Source: Candidatus Cloacimonadota bacterium
GTDB taxonomy: Bacteria > Muiribacteriota > UBA6191
Assembly (NCBI GenBank): GCA_023954715.1
Contig: JAGSHD010000006.1
Location: 132,515-196,514 of the forward strand
Direction of reading: 5' to 3'
Length of the DNA stretch: 64,000 nt
Below the pieces are notes generated by a model that saw only the letters and a list, made by a program, of their open reading frames with translations, had not been told where the DNA came from and searched no databases. The position numbers were made by a program, and so were the translations under genes. Of this stretch, positions 53,101 to 62,101 are shown piece after piece; the stretch's first letter is position 1; each line of letters starts with the position of its first letter.

Positions 53101-54119
53101 GGATGCTTGATCGTGTTTACACTGAATTGACCAGATAGCTTCTCAATGAAGCCCATTTTCTTGTTGAACTTATATCGCCCAACTTCACCAAGATCATATC
53201 TCTTTGCATTTCCGTATAGATTATCTACTAATTGCTTAGCATTATCGAAAATGAATGGTTCGCCAGGGCGTAATTTACGGTAGATTTCTTCAAGTGACTT
53301 TACTTCGTCTGTAGTTTTATCTACTTTTAATGTGTTTTTAATGTAGTTTAAAGTATCACCGTGATCCAATTCTTGGATCATTTCATCATCATTTAGCCCA
53401 AGCACTCTTAAATATTGAGTTACAGGAACCTTTCTTTTACGGTCGATACGAATGTGAAAAAGATCTCGCATTACATCAAGATCGAATTCTAGCCAAGCAC
53501 CTCTATAAGGAACAATTTTCCCTTGATAGATTTTTTTAGCTTTATTATATTCATAGTATACACCTGGAGATCTGTGTAATTGAGAAACAACAACTCTTTC
53601 AGCACCATTGATGATAAAAGTACCACGTGTAGTCATCAAAGGAAGATTTACAACAAATAATTCTTGTTCTTTGATTTCTCCAGATAACTTGTTAATCAAT
53701 CGAATTCTCATGTTTAATGGGATTCCGTAAGTTAGATCACGCTTTTGACACTCTTCTGGAGAGAATTTAATTCTATACGTTTGATCTCCAAATTTTGCGA
53801 AATGACAATCATCTGCAAATTCTGGGCATTCATCCATTAACCATTGTTGATTTGTGTTTTGGTGTTTCTTTAACCACTCTTCTGGAGGTGGTAGTCCTAG
53901 ATCATAATCAATAAATTCTAGAATAATGTTTTCTGTAAAATCTTTGATTGGAAAAGTTTCAGTTAGAATCTCTTGAAGACCTCTTCTTTTTCGGTCTGCT
54001 TTTGCAACATCCGCTTGTAAAAAGTCTTTGAAGGATTCTGTTTGAATTTCTAGGAGGTTTGGAACGTTATGGTGGCTATCACCTAATTCATTGATAAAAA
54101 TTCTTTTATTTTTCGCCAT
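50166..54119 (-). CDS. rpoB: DNA-directed RNA polymerase subunit beta
   Basis: Full-length conserved beta subunit. Only 3 nt separate it from rpoC. Confidence 0.97.
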   Translation of the reverse strand: MAKNKRIFINELGDSHHNVPNLLEIQTESFKDFLQADVAKADRKRRGLQEILTETFPIKDFTENIILEFIDYDLGLPPPEEWLKKHQNTNQQWLMDECPEFADDCHFAKFGDQTYRIKFSPEECQKRDLTYGIPLNMRIRLINKLSGEIKEQELFVVNLPLMTTRGTFIINGAERVVVSQLHRSPGVYYEYNKAKKIYQGKIVPYRGAWLEFDLDVMRDLFHIRIDRKRKVPVTQYLRVLGLNDDEMIQELDHGDTLNYIKNTLKVDKTTDEVKSLEEIYRKLRPGEPFIFDNAKQLVDNLYGNAKRYDLGEVGRYKFNKKMGFIEKLSGQFSVNTIKHPKTDEVLVKADDVLDADIISTLVDARIDEIRIRTLDDIELTVKRPKQSFLVEFAEGEGLCQPLHEGVCVAGDIYDTETDELIIADGEPLENETIFRLVDRQNNLKQKHVEKLDEDVPAGSICLQKHCVVDAEDILHTMKYIIDLSIGVGFVDDIDHLGHRRIRRVGELLQNQFRVSLARMDRVIKERMTIQDVNNLTPQLLINTRAISSSIDEFFGSSQLSQFMDQVNPLSELTHKRRLSALGPGGLKRERAGYEVRDVHPTHFGRICPIETPEGPNAGLIGSMAICARIDRYGFLITPLRHFKNTKPAESFEYMDALMEEKYRVVPYNQGFYTGNDLVEDVFPVKQYVEGEQDFTMLQAKEAELIHISPLQMISIASSLIPFIEHDDANRALMGTNMQRQAVPLVRTDSPIVGTGMESYTAQNSGACVSAKFKGEVVYTDATVVKVKRTEREDCLDNFGPEFYSYCENRTVETEIKDTKGKTLFKVGHVLTSKDIETLRAKCEDVICIYFEKVDKYPLRKYARSNQGTCVNQKPCVKAGEMVEAHEVIADGPSTAQGELSLGKNVICAFMPFRGYNFEDAIVLSERLVHEDIYTSVHISSLEVEARDTKLGAEEITRDIPSISEDALSVLDDNGIIQIGAEVKPGDILVGKITPKGETELTAEDKLLRAIFGEKAKEVRNTSLVVPHGGRGKVIDVVVFSRENKDELPYGVNKLVRVYLAQKRIISEGDKMAGRHGNKGVISKIFPRRDMPFLSDGTTVDVILNPLGVPSRMNLGQVMETHLGWAGRVLGEKYATSSFNEHNKVSNEKFLDDKFAEAAKVLTEKNATTNLRQEPIMPANGRMTLYDGENGEAYAAPIMVGIMYMLKLIHLVEDKIHARSTGPYSLVTQQPLGGKAQFGGQRFGEMEVWALEAYGAAHVLRELLTIKSDDVEGRVVVYENIVKGNNVMNPNIPESFKVIISELKGLGLNIEFNTEKEN

Positions 54120-54343
54120 TAAATTCCCTCATGCAGTGTTTAATTAGTATAAGTCAGGTTTTACTATATTCCTCTACTTTATACTACTTGTTTAACTTTA
54201 TATCTGTTGCAGATATGAGGGTCAGACTCCATTGGTGCGGATTTTCTATATTTTTCGGAGCCGGGACCACTATTTCGCTGGATCTTATCCAGTTGTTTCC
54301 CTTTTACATTTTATTTAGCAACATTGTAATCTACAGAGAAAGC

Positions 54344-54380
54344 AAAAAAATAGCACCAAGAAATCCTTAAGATTTCTTGG
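54344..54380 (-). terminator. rplL-rpoB intergenic attenuator hairpin
   Basis: CCAAGAAATC / GATTTCTTGG stem with T-run on the minus strand. Sits in a 282-nt GC-richer spacer. Confidence 0.5.
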
Positions 54381-54401
54381 GCTATTTTTAAAGTGTTGAA
54401 A

Positions 54402-54776
54402 TTATTTTACTTCAACTTGAGCGCCGTTTGCTTCTAACTTTTCTTTGATTTCGTTAGCTTCATCTTTGCTTACTTTTTCTTTGATTGCAGCAGGAGTTCC
54501 GTCTACTAAAGCTTTAGCTTCTTTAAGACCTAAACCTGTTACTTCTCTAACAGCCTTGATAACTTTGATCTTAGCTTCTCCACAATCTTTCAAGATTACG
54601 TCGAATTCTGTTTGCTCAGCAGCGGCTTCTCCACCAGCTACTCCAGCACCAGCTGCAACCATAGCTACAGGAGCTGCTGCAGAAACACCGAATTTGTCTT
54701 CAAGTGCCTTTACCAAGTCAGATAATTCCAATACTGTCATTTTTTCAATAGTTTCGATTAGTTGTGCTTGATCCAT
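54402..54776 (-). CDS. rplL: 50S ribosomal protein L7/L12
   Basis: Start at [12 protein letters not shown] with a GAAGGAAGG RBS. Ala-rich hinge. Confidence 0.93.
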   Translation of the reverse strand: MDQAQLIETIEKMTVLELSDLVKALEDKFGVSAAAPVAMVAAGAGVAGGEAAAEQTEFDVILKDCGEAKIKVIKAVREVTGLGLKEAKALVDGTPAAIKEKVSKDEANEIKEKLEANGAQVEVK

Positions 54777-54795
54777 AACCAAACCTTCCTTCAAT

Positions 54796-55320
54796 TTAAG
54801 CCTCGTCTTTTTGGCTCTTTATATTATTAATTACATTAACTAAATTTACTGTTGTTCCGTTTAATACTCTTACAAAACCAGTTAGTGGAGCTAGCATTAC
54901 ATTTAATACTTGTGCTCTTAATTGATCTTTTGTTGGTAATGTAGATAGAACCTTTAATTTTGATTCATCAATATATTCACCATCTAGAGTCCCACACTTT
55001 ACAACTAGGTGTTCACTGTGTTTTTTTGAAAAGTCCATTAAACCTTTAAGGTCATTAACGAAGTCTTCTCCACCAAACAAAAAGATGTTTGGTCCTTTTA
55101 ATCCACTTTCTAATTCTTCATTTACGTCATCGCCCATTGCAATTTTTGCAAATGTGTTTTTGAAAACACGTAGGGTTCCGCCTGTTTCATGAATCTTAGA
55201 TCGCAATTCAAAAGTCGCTTGAGCATCTAAACCTTTGTTTTCAGCCATTACACATAACTGACTAGCTTTATATAACTCTTCGAATTTTTTAATTTGTTCG
55301 CTTTTTTCTGCTTTATTCAT
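54796..55320 (-). CDS. rplJ: 50S ribosomal protein L10
   Basis: Conserved L10. Confidence 0.93.
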   Translation of the reverse strand: MNKAEKSEQIKKFEELYKASQLCVMAENKGLDAQATFELRSKIHETGGTLRVFKNTFAKIAMGDDVNEELESGLKGPNIFLFGGEDFVNDLKGLMDFSKKHSEHLVVKCGTLDGEYIDESKLKVLSTLPTKDQLRAQVLNVMLAPLTGFVRVLNGTTVNLVNVINNIKSQKDEA

Positions 55321-55331
55321 CTGGGAGCTCC

Positions 55332-56054
55332 TTATGAAACTAGAGCATTCACGCTATCAACTTCTGTTTTAAGAGATGTTGTGTCAACCTTTACACCAGG
55401 CCCCATTGTAGGAGAAAGTGTTACTGACTTTACGTAAATACCTTTTGCTGAAGCTGGTTTTGCTTTTAATAAAACATTTACCAATACAGCTACGTTTTCA
55501 AATAATTGTTTTTCATTGAAGGATCTCTTCCCAAATGGCAAGTGGACTATTCCGTATTTATCTACCTTATATTCAAGTCTACCAGCAATAATTTCTTTAA
55601 TTGCTACTTCAATATTAGGAGTCACAGTTCCAACCTTTGGATTTGGCATCATACCTCTTGGTCCCAAGATTTTACCTAATTGACCAACAAATCTCATCAT
55701 GTCTGGTGTAGTAACTACAACTTCGTAGTCCAACCATCCACCTTTGATCTTGTCAACTAATTCTTGACCACCAACAAAAGTTGCTCCCGCATCCTTAGCT
55801 AATTGCTCTTTGTCTGGTGCAACAATAGCTACAACTCGAGTCTCTTTACCAGTTCCGTGTGGCAGTGCTACTGTTCCACGAACCATTTGATCTGCATGTC
55901 GTGGATCTACACCCAAAACTACATCTACGGTTAGAGTCTCATCAAACTTTGCAAAGGAAATCTTCTTAGTTATTGATGTTGCTTCACTTAGACTATAATT
56001 CTTCTTTGTATCAAACTGCTCTAAAGCATGCTTGTATCCTTTTGATCTTTTCAT
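55332..56054 (-). CDS. rplA: 50S ribosomal protein L1
   Basis: Conserved L1. Confidence 0.95.
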   Translation of the reverse strand: MKRSKGYKHALEQFDTKKNYSLSEATSITKKISFAKFDETLTVDVVLGVDPRHADQMVRGTVALPHGTGKETRVVAIVAPDKEQLAKDAGATFVGGQELVDKIKGGWLDYEVVVTTPDMMRFVGQLGKILGPRGMMPNPKVGTVTPNIEVAIKEIIAGRLEYKVDKYGIVHLPFGKRSFNEKQLFENVAVLVNVLLKAKPASAKGIYVKSVTLSPTMGPGVKVDTTSLKTEVDSVNALVS

Positions 56055-56057
56055 AGC

Positions 56058-56483
56058 CTATCCTTCCACCTCTATACCCATACTTCTAGCTGTACCCTTT
56101 AGCATGGATACCGCAGATTCTACAGTGTGAGCGTTTAAATCTTCTTTTTTGATCTCTGCTATTTCTTTTAGCTGATCAACAGTAACTTTACCGATTTTAG
56201 TTTCGATAGAGTTTGATGAACCCTTTTTCTTCTTGAGTGCCTTTAAAAGCAATACTGGAGCTGGTGGTGATTTTACAATGAAATCAAAACTCCTGTCTGA
56301 ATATACAGTGATAACTACAGGTAATATTGTACCCATACTCTCTTTTGTCTGCTCATTAAAAGCAGTACAAAATTGCATGATATTCACGCCTTTGGCCCCA
56401 AGGGCGGGTCCTACTGGTGGGGCTGGATTTGCTTGTCCAGCTTTAATTTGCAGTTTTATCTGCCCAGTTACTTCTTTTGCCAT
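56058..56483 (-). CDS. rplK: 50S ribosomal protein L11
   Basis: Conserved L11 (PPVGPALG). Confidence 0.95.
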   Translation of the reverse strand: MAKEVTGQIKLQIKAGQANPAPPVGPALGAKGVNIMQFCTAFNEQTKESMGTILPVVITVYSDRSFDFIVKSPPAPVLLLKALKKKKGSSNSIETKIGKVTVDQLKEIAEIKKEDLNAHTVESAVSMLKGTARSMGIEVEG

Positions 56484-56504
56484 ACTTCCCCTCCTGTGGA
56501 TTTT

Positions 56505-57050
56505 CTAGACGTCTTCGACTTCAGAGAATCCCAGTTCAACCGGAGTTTCTCGTCCAAAAATATGAACTTTCACTCTTAATTTCTTTTTGGTCATGTTTAC
56601 TTCTTCTATATCACCTATAAAATCAGAAAATGGACCGTCCACAATACGAACACTTTGTCCGACTTTGAACATTGCGTAGGTTACTGGTGCAACACTACCA
56701 ACACCCATTTGACTTTGAATTTTTTCAAATTCTTTGTCAGTAAGAGGTACCGGATGTTTACCTTGTCCTACAAAACCTGTGACACCTGGTGTATTTCTAA
56801 CGATACCCCATGTACTATCATCAAGATTCATTCTAACCATACAATAACCTGGATAGATCATTGCTTTGACTAGCTTTTTTTTACCAGCCGGAGTTTCAAC
56901 TTCTTCCTCTTTATCAGGAACGAGAACTTCGAAGATTGAATCACCAACCCCCATTACTTTTATTCTTTGTTCCAAGTTAAGTTTAACCTTAACCTCAGAG
57001 CTTGAGCTCGTAGCAACTAAGTACCACTTACCTTCACTTCGAGTTTCCAT
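56505..57050 (-). CDS. nusG: Transcription antitermination factor NusG
   Basis: NGN domain plus C-terminal KOW domain (GDIEEVNMTKKKLRVKV). Confidence 0.93.
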   Translation of the reverse strand: METRSEGKWYLVATSSSSEVKVKLNLEQRIKVMGVGDSIFEVLVPDKEEEVETPAGKKKLVKAMIYPGYCMVRMNLDDSTWGIVRNTPGVTGFVGQGKHPVPLTDKEFEKIQSQMGVGSVAPVTYAMFKVGQSVRIVDGPFSDFIGDIEEVNMTKKKLRVKVHIFGRETPVELGFSEVEDV

Positions 57051-57058
57051 TTTTTCTC

Positions 57059-57259
57059 CTAGTCTGCGTAAAGAATCCCTCGGATGATTTGACCGAAAGC
57101 AGAATCAACGAGGAAAAGATAAATACCACATAACGATGAAGCTGCAATTACAACCCAAGTAGATTGAATTACTTTCTCCTTGTCAGGCCACACAACTCTA
57201 CCACTGGTAGGATGCACTTCTCTCCACACTTCTTCTAGAAATCCTTTTAGATTACCCAT
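57059..57259 (-). CDS. secE: Preprotein translocase subunit SecE
   Basis: Start at MGNLKGFLEEVWREV. The longer ORF extension overlaps tRNA-Trp. One C-terminal TM. Confidence 0.85.
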   Translation of the reverse strand: MGNLKGFLEEVWREVHPTSGRVVWPDKEKVIQSTWVVIAASSLCGIYLFLVDSAFGQIIRGILYAD

Positions 57260-57275
57260 TTTGCCACCTGTAATA

Positions 57276-57349
57276 CAGGGCGAGAGTGATTCGAACACTC
57301 AACACCTGGATTTGGAATCCAGTGCTCTAACCGTTGGAGCTACCGCCCT
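57276..57349 (-). tRNA. trnW: tRNA-Trp (anticodon CCA)
   Basis: Cloverleaf folded by hand. 7-bp acceptor stem, D-arm, anticodon loop TTCCAAA, T-loop TTCGAAT. Canonical position between rpmG and secE. Confidence 0.88.
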
Positions 57350-57361
57350 AAATGTTTAACC

Positions 57362-57511
57362 TTACTTAACTTCTCTGTGCAAAGTAACTTTTCTCAATCT
57401 CGGAGAGTACTTCTTACGTTCAAGTCTTTCTGGTGTATTTCTTTTATTTTTCATTGTAGAGTAGTTTCTATCTCCACATTCTGTACATGCTAATATAATA
57501 TGTTTTCTCAT
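57362..57511 (-). CDS. rpmG: 50S ribosomal protein L33
   Basis: Own translation gives [49 protein letters not shown] with CxxC...CxxC. Below the ORF-track size cutoff. Confidence 0.88.
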   Translation of the reverse strand: MRKHIILACTECGDRNYSTMKNKRNTPERLERKKYSPRLRKVTLHREVK

Positions 57512-57552
57512 CTATACAACCTCTTTCTATACCCGTGAAAAACAGGTACGGA

Positions 57553-57581
57553 ATAATAGCACCAGTGCCTTAGTGAGTCAA
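57553..57581 (-). promoter_or_regulatory. Sigma70-type promoter with A/T-rich UP element for the rpmG-secE-nusG-rplKAJL-rpoBC operon
   Basis: On minus strand: TTGACT, 17-nt spacer, TATTAT. An A/T tract lies upstream. ~40 nt to the rpmG ATG. Confidence 0.6.
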
Positions 57582-57642
57582 GTCGTTTTTTTATAAATTT
57601 TTATTTTTTTAATTTTATTCCAAAAAACACTATAGCTAGTCA

Positions 57643-58851
57643 CTATTTTGGTCGAATCGTCCCGTTTTTTCCATCTACAAACAAAGTCGTATTTTTGACA
57701 AGCTTACCGTTACAAACTAGGTCTTCTGGTAGATAGCCTTCTGAAAACACCTTTGCTTTAATCGTAGACCAAGGTCCTGTCTTGACGTGATCAGAATTAT
57801 AAAACTCTACAGCTTGCTCAATCATCTTCATTTCTTTTGGACATGGTCCTGTTGCTTGTGGCATTCCTCCCATAGTTGGGATCAGACCTAAGTTCATTGA
57901 TTTCAGCTTGGATAAATCCATTTGCTTTGATGCTAACATACCTACTATGGACCCTAATGCTAATACAAATGACCCTTCAAAACTTTTATATAAATCTTTT
58001 ACTGAATTTTTCATTTGGTAACTTAAGCTTAAAATGGACCCTGTAGATTTAGGCTCCAATTTATTTACATGATGCATGGCTTGAGCCGCAAACATTTGAT
58101 TACTTGAATAGTTGACCCAATCAATCAAATTATCTTTATCTCCTGGCTTTTCTTTTATCTGTAAAATCATTCCCTTTAAAAATTCTAAGCCTGTTGAAAT
58201 CATCCCTGTAGCAAATACAGCTTGAGATGGATCATAAAAGTCTAAAGATAATGAAGCTTTACTTCCATCCAATACAATCCCAATTCCTTTTACCATAGAT
58301 AGGTAAACTCTACCCTTCTCTGATTTCTCAGCCCATGCTTTCATAAAGGATTGATCTCCACTTAAAGCTACACCTTTAACCTGCGCTACACCAATTTTAA
58401 AGTTAATTTGTTTTTTTACTTCTTCAATTCTTTTTGTTTTCGTAATAATCAAGCACTCTTTTTTTTCAAACAAATAGAGTTCTCCAGCAAACCAATGTCC
58501 ATCTTTTTTAGTCCATGAGGTTTTTTCTAATGCATCGTAAAACTTTTTCTTATCAAAATCTCCCCTTAGCTGAGCTACCCATTCATGCTTTTGGTTTTCA
58601 CTCCAACCGAGTTTAATAGAGTCTATACTATCAACCAGATTATATCCCCCTAAGGAGTTAAATTGGTCTTTTAGTTTTCCTATAAACTCCTGATCTGTTT
58701 TTGATAAGTCTTTTTGCAACTTCTTTGCAGATTCTTCATACACTTTTAGCCTTGAATCAATGATATCTTTTCCAATTTGTATTTCTAAATCATAGGCATT
58801 ACTCAATCCTACCATCACCAAAGTAAGTGCCAATTTTAGTACAAGCTTCAT
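57643..58851 (-). CDS. Secreted hypothetical protein (402 aa)
   Basis: Signal peptide. No recognisable domain. 4-nt overlap with upstream glycosyltransferase. Confidence 0.55.
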   Translation of the reverse strand: MKLVLKLALTLVMVGLSNAYDLEIQIGKDIIDSRLKVYEESAKKLQKDLSKTDQEFIGKLKDQFNSLGGYNLVDSIDSIKLGWSENQKHEWVAQLRGDFDKKKFYDALEKTSWTKKDGHWFAGELYLFEKKECLIITKTKRIEEVKKQINFKIGVAQVKGVALSGDQSFMKAWAEKSEKGRVYLSMVKGIGIVLDGSKASLSLDFYDPSQAVFATGMISTGLEFLKGMILQIKEKPGDKDNLIDWVNYSSNQMFAAQAMHHVNKLEPKSTGSILSLSYQMKNSVKDLYKSFEGSFVLALGSIVGMLASKQMDLSKLKSMNLGLIPTMGGMPQATGPCPKEMKMIEQAVEFYNSDHVKTGPWSTIKAKVFSEGYLPEDLVCNGKLVKNTTLFVDGKNGTIRPK

Positions 58852-60080
58852 TTCAAATTCCTTTTATATATAGTTTCCATATCCTTTAGCCATAGATCTT
58901 TATAGAACGAATCTTCACTTAAGCCCCCTTGTTTTGGACCACTTGATTCTAATTCTCCGACCCTCTTTCTATATAGGCGGCGTTCTATTTCTATGTTTGT
59001 TATTGGAGAAAGAGTATTCTTTTTCTTAGTAAGATTCAAGATGCAATCTAAACTTTCTTGCGCCTTATCAAAGAAATAGTGCTTCAAGTTAAATTGAAAC
59101 ACATTTCTTTTACACTCCTGCAACTTTGATTTTAACTTTGTTAATTTAAATAACTCACTTGGTTGATCAATTAAGATTCCTAGGCCATTGTTTTCAACAA
59201 TATCAGATAACTCTAGACCTTTAGAATATATAATAGGTAATCCACAATATAAATACTCCACACTACGTGTTGTAACAGCAAGCTTTCTCTCCATATTTAT
59301 TTCATACAAATCAAACGCTGCTAAACTTTGGCAATATTGCTTAATTAGAGTGTTATGCGCTTCTCCAGTTTTTACAATAGCTCCATCATCATTATGATGT
59401 ATACTCGTGTCTTGTGGTTGATAGAACTTTGATAAGACAGTCAAGTTTTCTTTCTCTAAGTATCTTTGTAGTTTTTCTTCAGGAAGCTGTTTTACCCAAG
59501 GCCATGTTGCGCCCCCCATTACTATAGTAGAAGACTCTTTGTTAACTTTATGTTCATAAAAGCTTTCATCCAATAATAATGGAACTATCCTTAATCTCTG
59601 ATCAAGCTCTTTCAAACCTGCCATTTGTGACCATGCTAAGAAATAATAATATTGTCGCTCTCCTGGTACAATAACTGCATCTGCTTTTGCCAAGCAAATT
59701 AACTTTGCTCTAGTCTGCTGTTCGTCACGATAACCTTTATAATAGTTCTCCCAAATCAGTGAACCATGTAAATCAACAATCACCGGCACTTCAGTCTCAA
59801 ACCATTCTAACAAGCCCCATTGCTCTACAATAACTTGATCTGGACTGATTTCTAATATTTTGTCACTTATGTCTGTATGTAGCAATCCATCACTTTTTGC
59901 CTCAGTCATCTGAAAACTATAGGTATCTTCATTTAAATCCTGTGGCCCTTCTTTTTGTAACACTACAACTTCGTGCCCCATGGATTGAAGAAGGTATTTT
60001 AACCCAGTCACTCTTAGTGCCCCACCAGACAAACTATAATTTCGATTGGTTTGCTCTAAAGTTATGATACAGATTTTCAT
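58848..60080 (-). CDS. GT-B glycosyltransferase, family 4-like
   Basis: MKICIIT...GG...GHEVVVL N-terminal Rossmann half. C-terminal E..LYCGLPII donor-binding motif. Confidence 0.65.
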   Translation of the reverse strand: MKICIITLEQTNRNYSLSGGALRVTGLKYLLQSMGHEVVVLQKEGPQDLNEDTYSFQMTEAKSDGLLHTDISDKILEISPDQVIVEQWGLLEWFETEVPVIVDLHGSLIWENYYKGYRDEQQTRAKLICLAKADAVIVPGERQYYYFLAWSQMAGLKELDQRLRIVPLLLDESFYEHKVNKESSTIVMGGATWPWVKQLPEEKLQRYLEKENLTVLSKFYQPQDTSIHHNDDGAIVKTGEAHNTLIKQYCQSLAAFDLYEINMERKLAVTTRSVEYLYCGLPIIYSKGLELSDIVENNGLGILIDQPSELFKLTKLKSKLQECKRNVFQFNLKHYFFDKAQESLDCILNLTKKKNTLSPITNIEIERRLYRKRVGELESSGPKQGGLSEDSFYKDLWLKDMETIYKRNLK

Positions 60081-60439
60081 TTACTCTTCCTAAATTTATC
60101 TAATGGATATAGTGCCTGTTCTTAGCCAAGCCTGCTTGTATATTGTTTACTTTGTGCCTTAAGGTATTAGTTATAGCGACTAAATTCAAAGACTTATTTT
60201 GATAAAACTCACTTCTTAGACATAAATACGTGCTTTTTGCATTTTTTTGCTCTACTTTTAATTAGCTTATTGTATCGCTTTTGATTATAAGACTTAATTT
60301 TGTATGTGTATTTGCTCAGTTTAAATGTTCCTATATGGCACAAAGGACCGCTATTACACTCAAACCATTATAAACAAACACTATAGGACATTTTTCAACC
60401 CTATTAAATCTATTTTTTGTCACTAAAAACATAAAAATA

Positions 60440-60469
60440 TTGACAGTTATAACAAGTATTGCCTATAAT
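60440..60469 (+). promoter_or_regulatory. Consensus sigma70 promoter upstream of cdnL
   Basis: TTGACA, 18-nt spacer, TATAAT. ~60 nt upstream of the ATG. Confidence 0.6.
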
Positions 60470-60528
60470 GATACCATCCCGCAGCGTAGTAATACCTTAA
60501 AGAAAACGAAAACAAATTTGGAGAAAAC

Positions 60529-61029
60529 ATGCAAGAGCTAGAACTAGGAAAAACAATCGTACATCCAACTCACGGAACAGGAAAAGTCAAAGAAATTAAA
60601 GAAGTATGTGTAATGGGAGAGCCAACTACATACTACGTTTTAGACTTTGGTGCCAGTGACGTAGGTAAAGTTATGATTCCCCTTGATAAAGTCCAAGCTA
60701 TAGGCCTAAGAAATCCGGTATCTCCTGAAGTATTACAAGTTACAATCGATTATCTTGAGTCTTCTGAAGTTGAAGTTCAATCTAAGCGTAGCAACTTTCA
60801 CAGAATCCACAAAGAATACACTGAGCGTATTGCTAAAGGATGTATTTTTGAAGTTGCTAAAGTATACAAAGCTTTATCTAAAAAAGGTCTTGAAAAAGAG
60901 CTTGGTTTAAAAGATAAATTATTATTTGAAAAAACAGAAGCTATGCTTCTTGGTGAAATCGAAGCATCTTGCCAAATTACGTCTCAAGAGAGCCGAACAA
61001 AATTAACAAGTGCTTTAAATATTAACTAA
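60529..61029 (+). CDS. cdnL: CarD/CdnL-family RNAP-interacting transcription regulator
   Basis: N-terminal RNAP-interacting (TRCF-like) domain GKTIVHPTHGTGKV...YYVL. Confidence 0.8.
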   Translation: MQELELGKTIVHPTHGTGKVKEIKEVCVMGEPTTYYVLDFGASDVGKVMIPLDKVQAIGLRNPVSPEVLQVTIDYLESSEVEVQSKRSNFHRIHKEYTERIAKGCIFEVAKVYKALSKKGLEKELGLKDKLLFEKTEAMLLGEIEASCQITSQESRTKLTSALNIN

Positions 61030-61043
61030 TTCTAAATATTTAA

Positions 61044-61946
61044 ATGATACCGTTTAAAAGCCCTGCAAAAATTAATGTAGGGCTTTTTGTTTTCCCAAAG
61101 CGAAACGATGGCTATCATCCTCTTGATACTACATTTTTTGGCATTAATCTTTTTGATACTCTTCACATAGAAAAATCTAACTCATTTGGCTTATCTTGTA
61201 GTTCTTCAAAAATACCTACCGATCATAAAAATATTATTCATAAAACTTGGAGCCTTTTTAGCAATCAGGTGAACAATGCAACGCCGCTAAAAATTCACCT
61301 TGAAAAAGATTTACCCTCTGAGGCGGGTATTGGTGGTGCATCAGGTAATGCAGCCATAACTCTTTGGCTTTTAAATGAGATTCATGGTCGACCTTTCAAT
61401 ATAGAGCAACTAGAGTCGATGGCTCTATCAATCGGGGCGGATGTTCCTTTTTTTTTACAAAACGAACCTTGTTTTGCTAGTGGTATTGGTGAGATTTTTA
61501 GCCCTATAAAAGACCATCAAACACTTCATCTTGTTCTTATTAAACCCACCTTTAGTATCAAAACTGGTCCAGCGTTTCATTTTTTGGATAGCGTCACTAG
61601 AAATACATCAAACATTCCACATCAAAAGTTTTCTTCGATCTTACGTACTGGTAATTTATCCTCTCTCACTCAGCTTGTTTCTAATGATTTTGAATTGATT
61701 CCTGGAGAAAGTGAAGAACAAATTAGTCAAATCAAACATAAGCTTTACCAAAACAATGCTTCTTATGCTAGTTTGAGTGGTAGTGGCTCTTGTATCTATG
61801 GATTGTTTGAGTCTAAAACTAAAGCTAAACTTGCCTTTGATGTCTTAAATAAGTCATACGAAACCTATTTGTGTGAAACCCTATTAAACCACTCACCACT
61901 AGCTCTGAATAAGAGCTCTCTAGCACAAATCATTAGTTCGCTTTAG
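61044..61946 (+). CDS. ispE: 4-diphosphocytidyl-2-C-methyl-D-erythritol kinase
   Basis: GHMP kinase motifs PSEAGIGGASGNAA. N-terminus KINVGL. Confidence 0.88.
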   Translation: MIPFKSPAKINVGLFVFPKRNDGYHPLDTTFFGINLFDTLHIEKSNSFGLSCSSSKIPTDHKNIIHKTWSLFSNQVNNATPLKIHLEKDLPSEAGIGGASGNAAITLWLLNEIHGRPFNIEQLESMALSIGADVPFFLQNEPCFASGIGEIFSPIKDHQTLHLVLIKPTFSIKTGPAFHFLDSVTRNTSNIPHQKFSSILRTGNLSSLTQLVSNDFELIPGESEEQISQIKHKLYQNNASYASLSGSGSCIYGLFESKTKAKLAFDVLNKSYETYLCETLLNHSPLALNKSSLAQIISSL

Positions 61947-62101
61947 GCAACAGTTTTAAACTACACGTGTATTCAAATTGCTTCTACCTTTGTTTACAGG
62001 ATTAATCTCTAATATTAGGTCTTCTTCTCTACATTTACTTGATTTTTTTGTATGATTTTGTATAATCTTGTACTTGTGTGTCGTAAAAATTTTGAGGGTA
62101 T

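Noticed and set aside
54131-54771. ORFs 54131-54370 (+) and 54445-54771 (+) in the rplL region
   Set aside because: The first lies in the structured rplL-rpoB spacer. The second is antisense to rplL and is an Ala/Pro-rich low-complexity translation typical of antisense frames.
57260-57298. Longer secE start (MFESLSPCITGGK...)
   Set aside because: It overlaps the 3' end of tRNA-Trp. The internal ATG gives a normal-length SecE.
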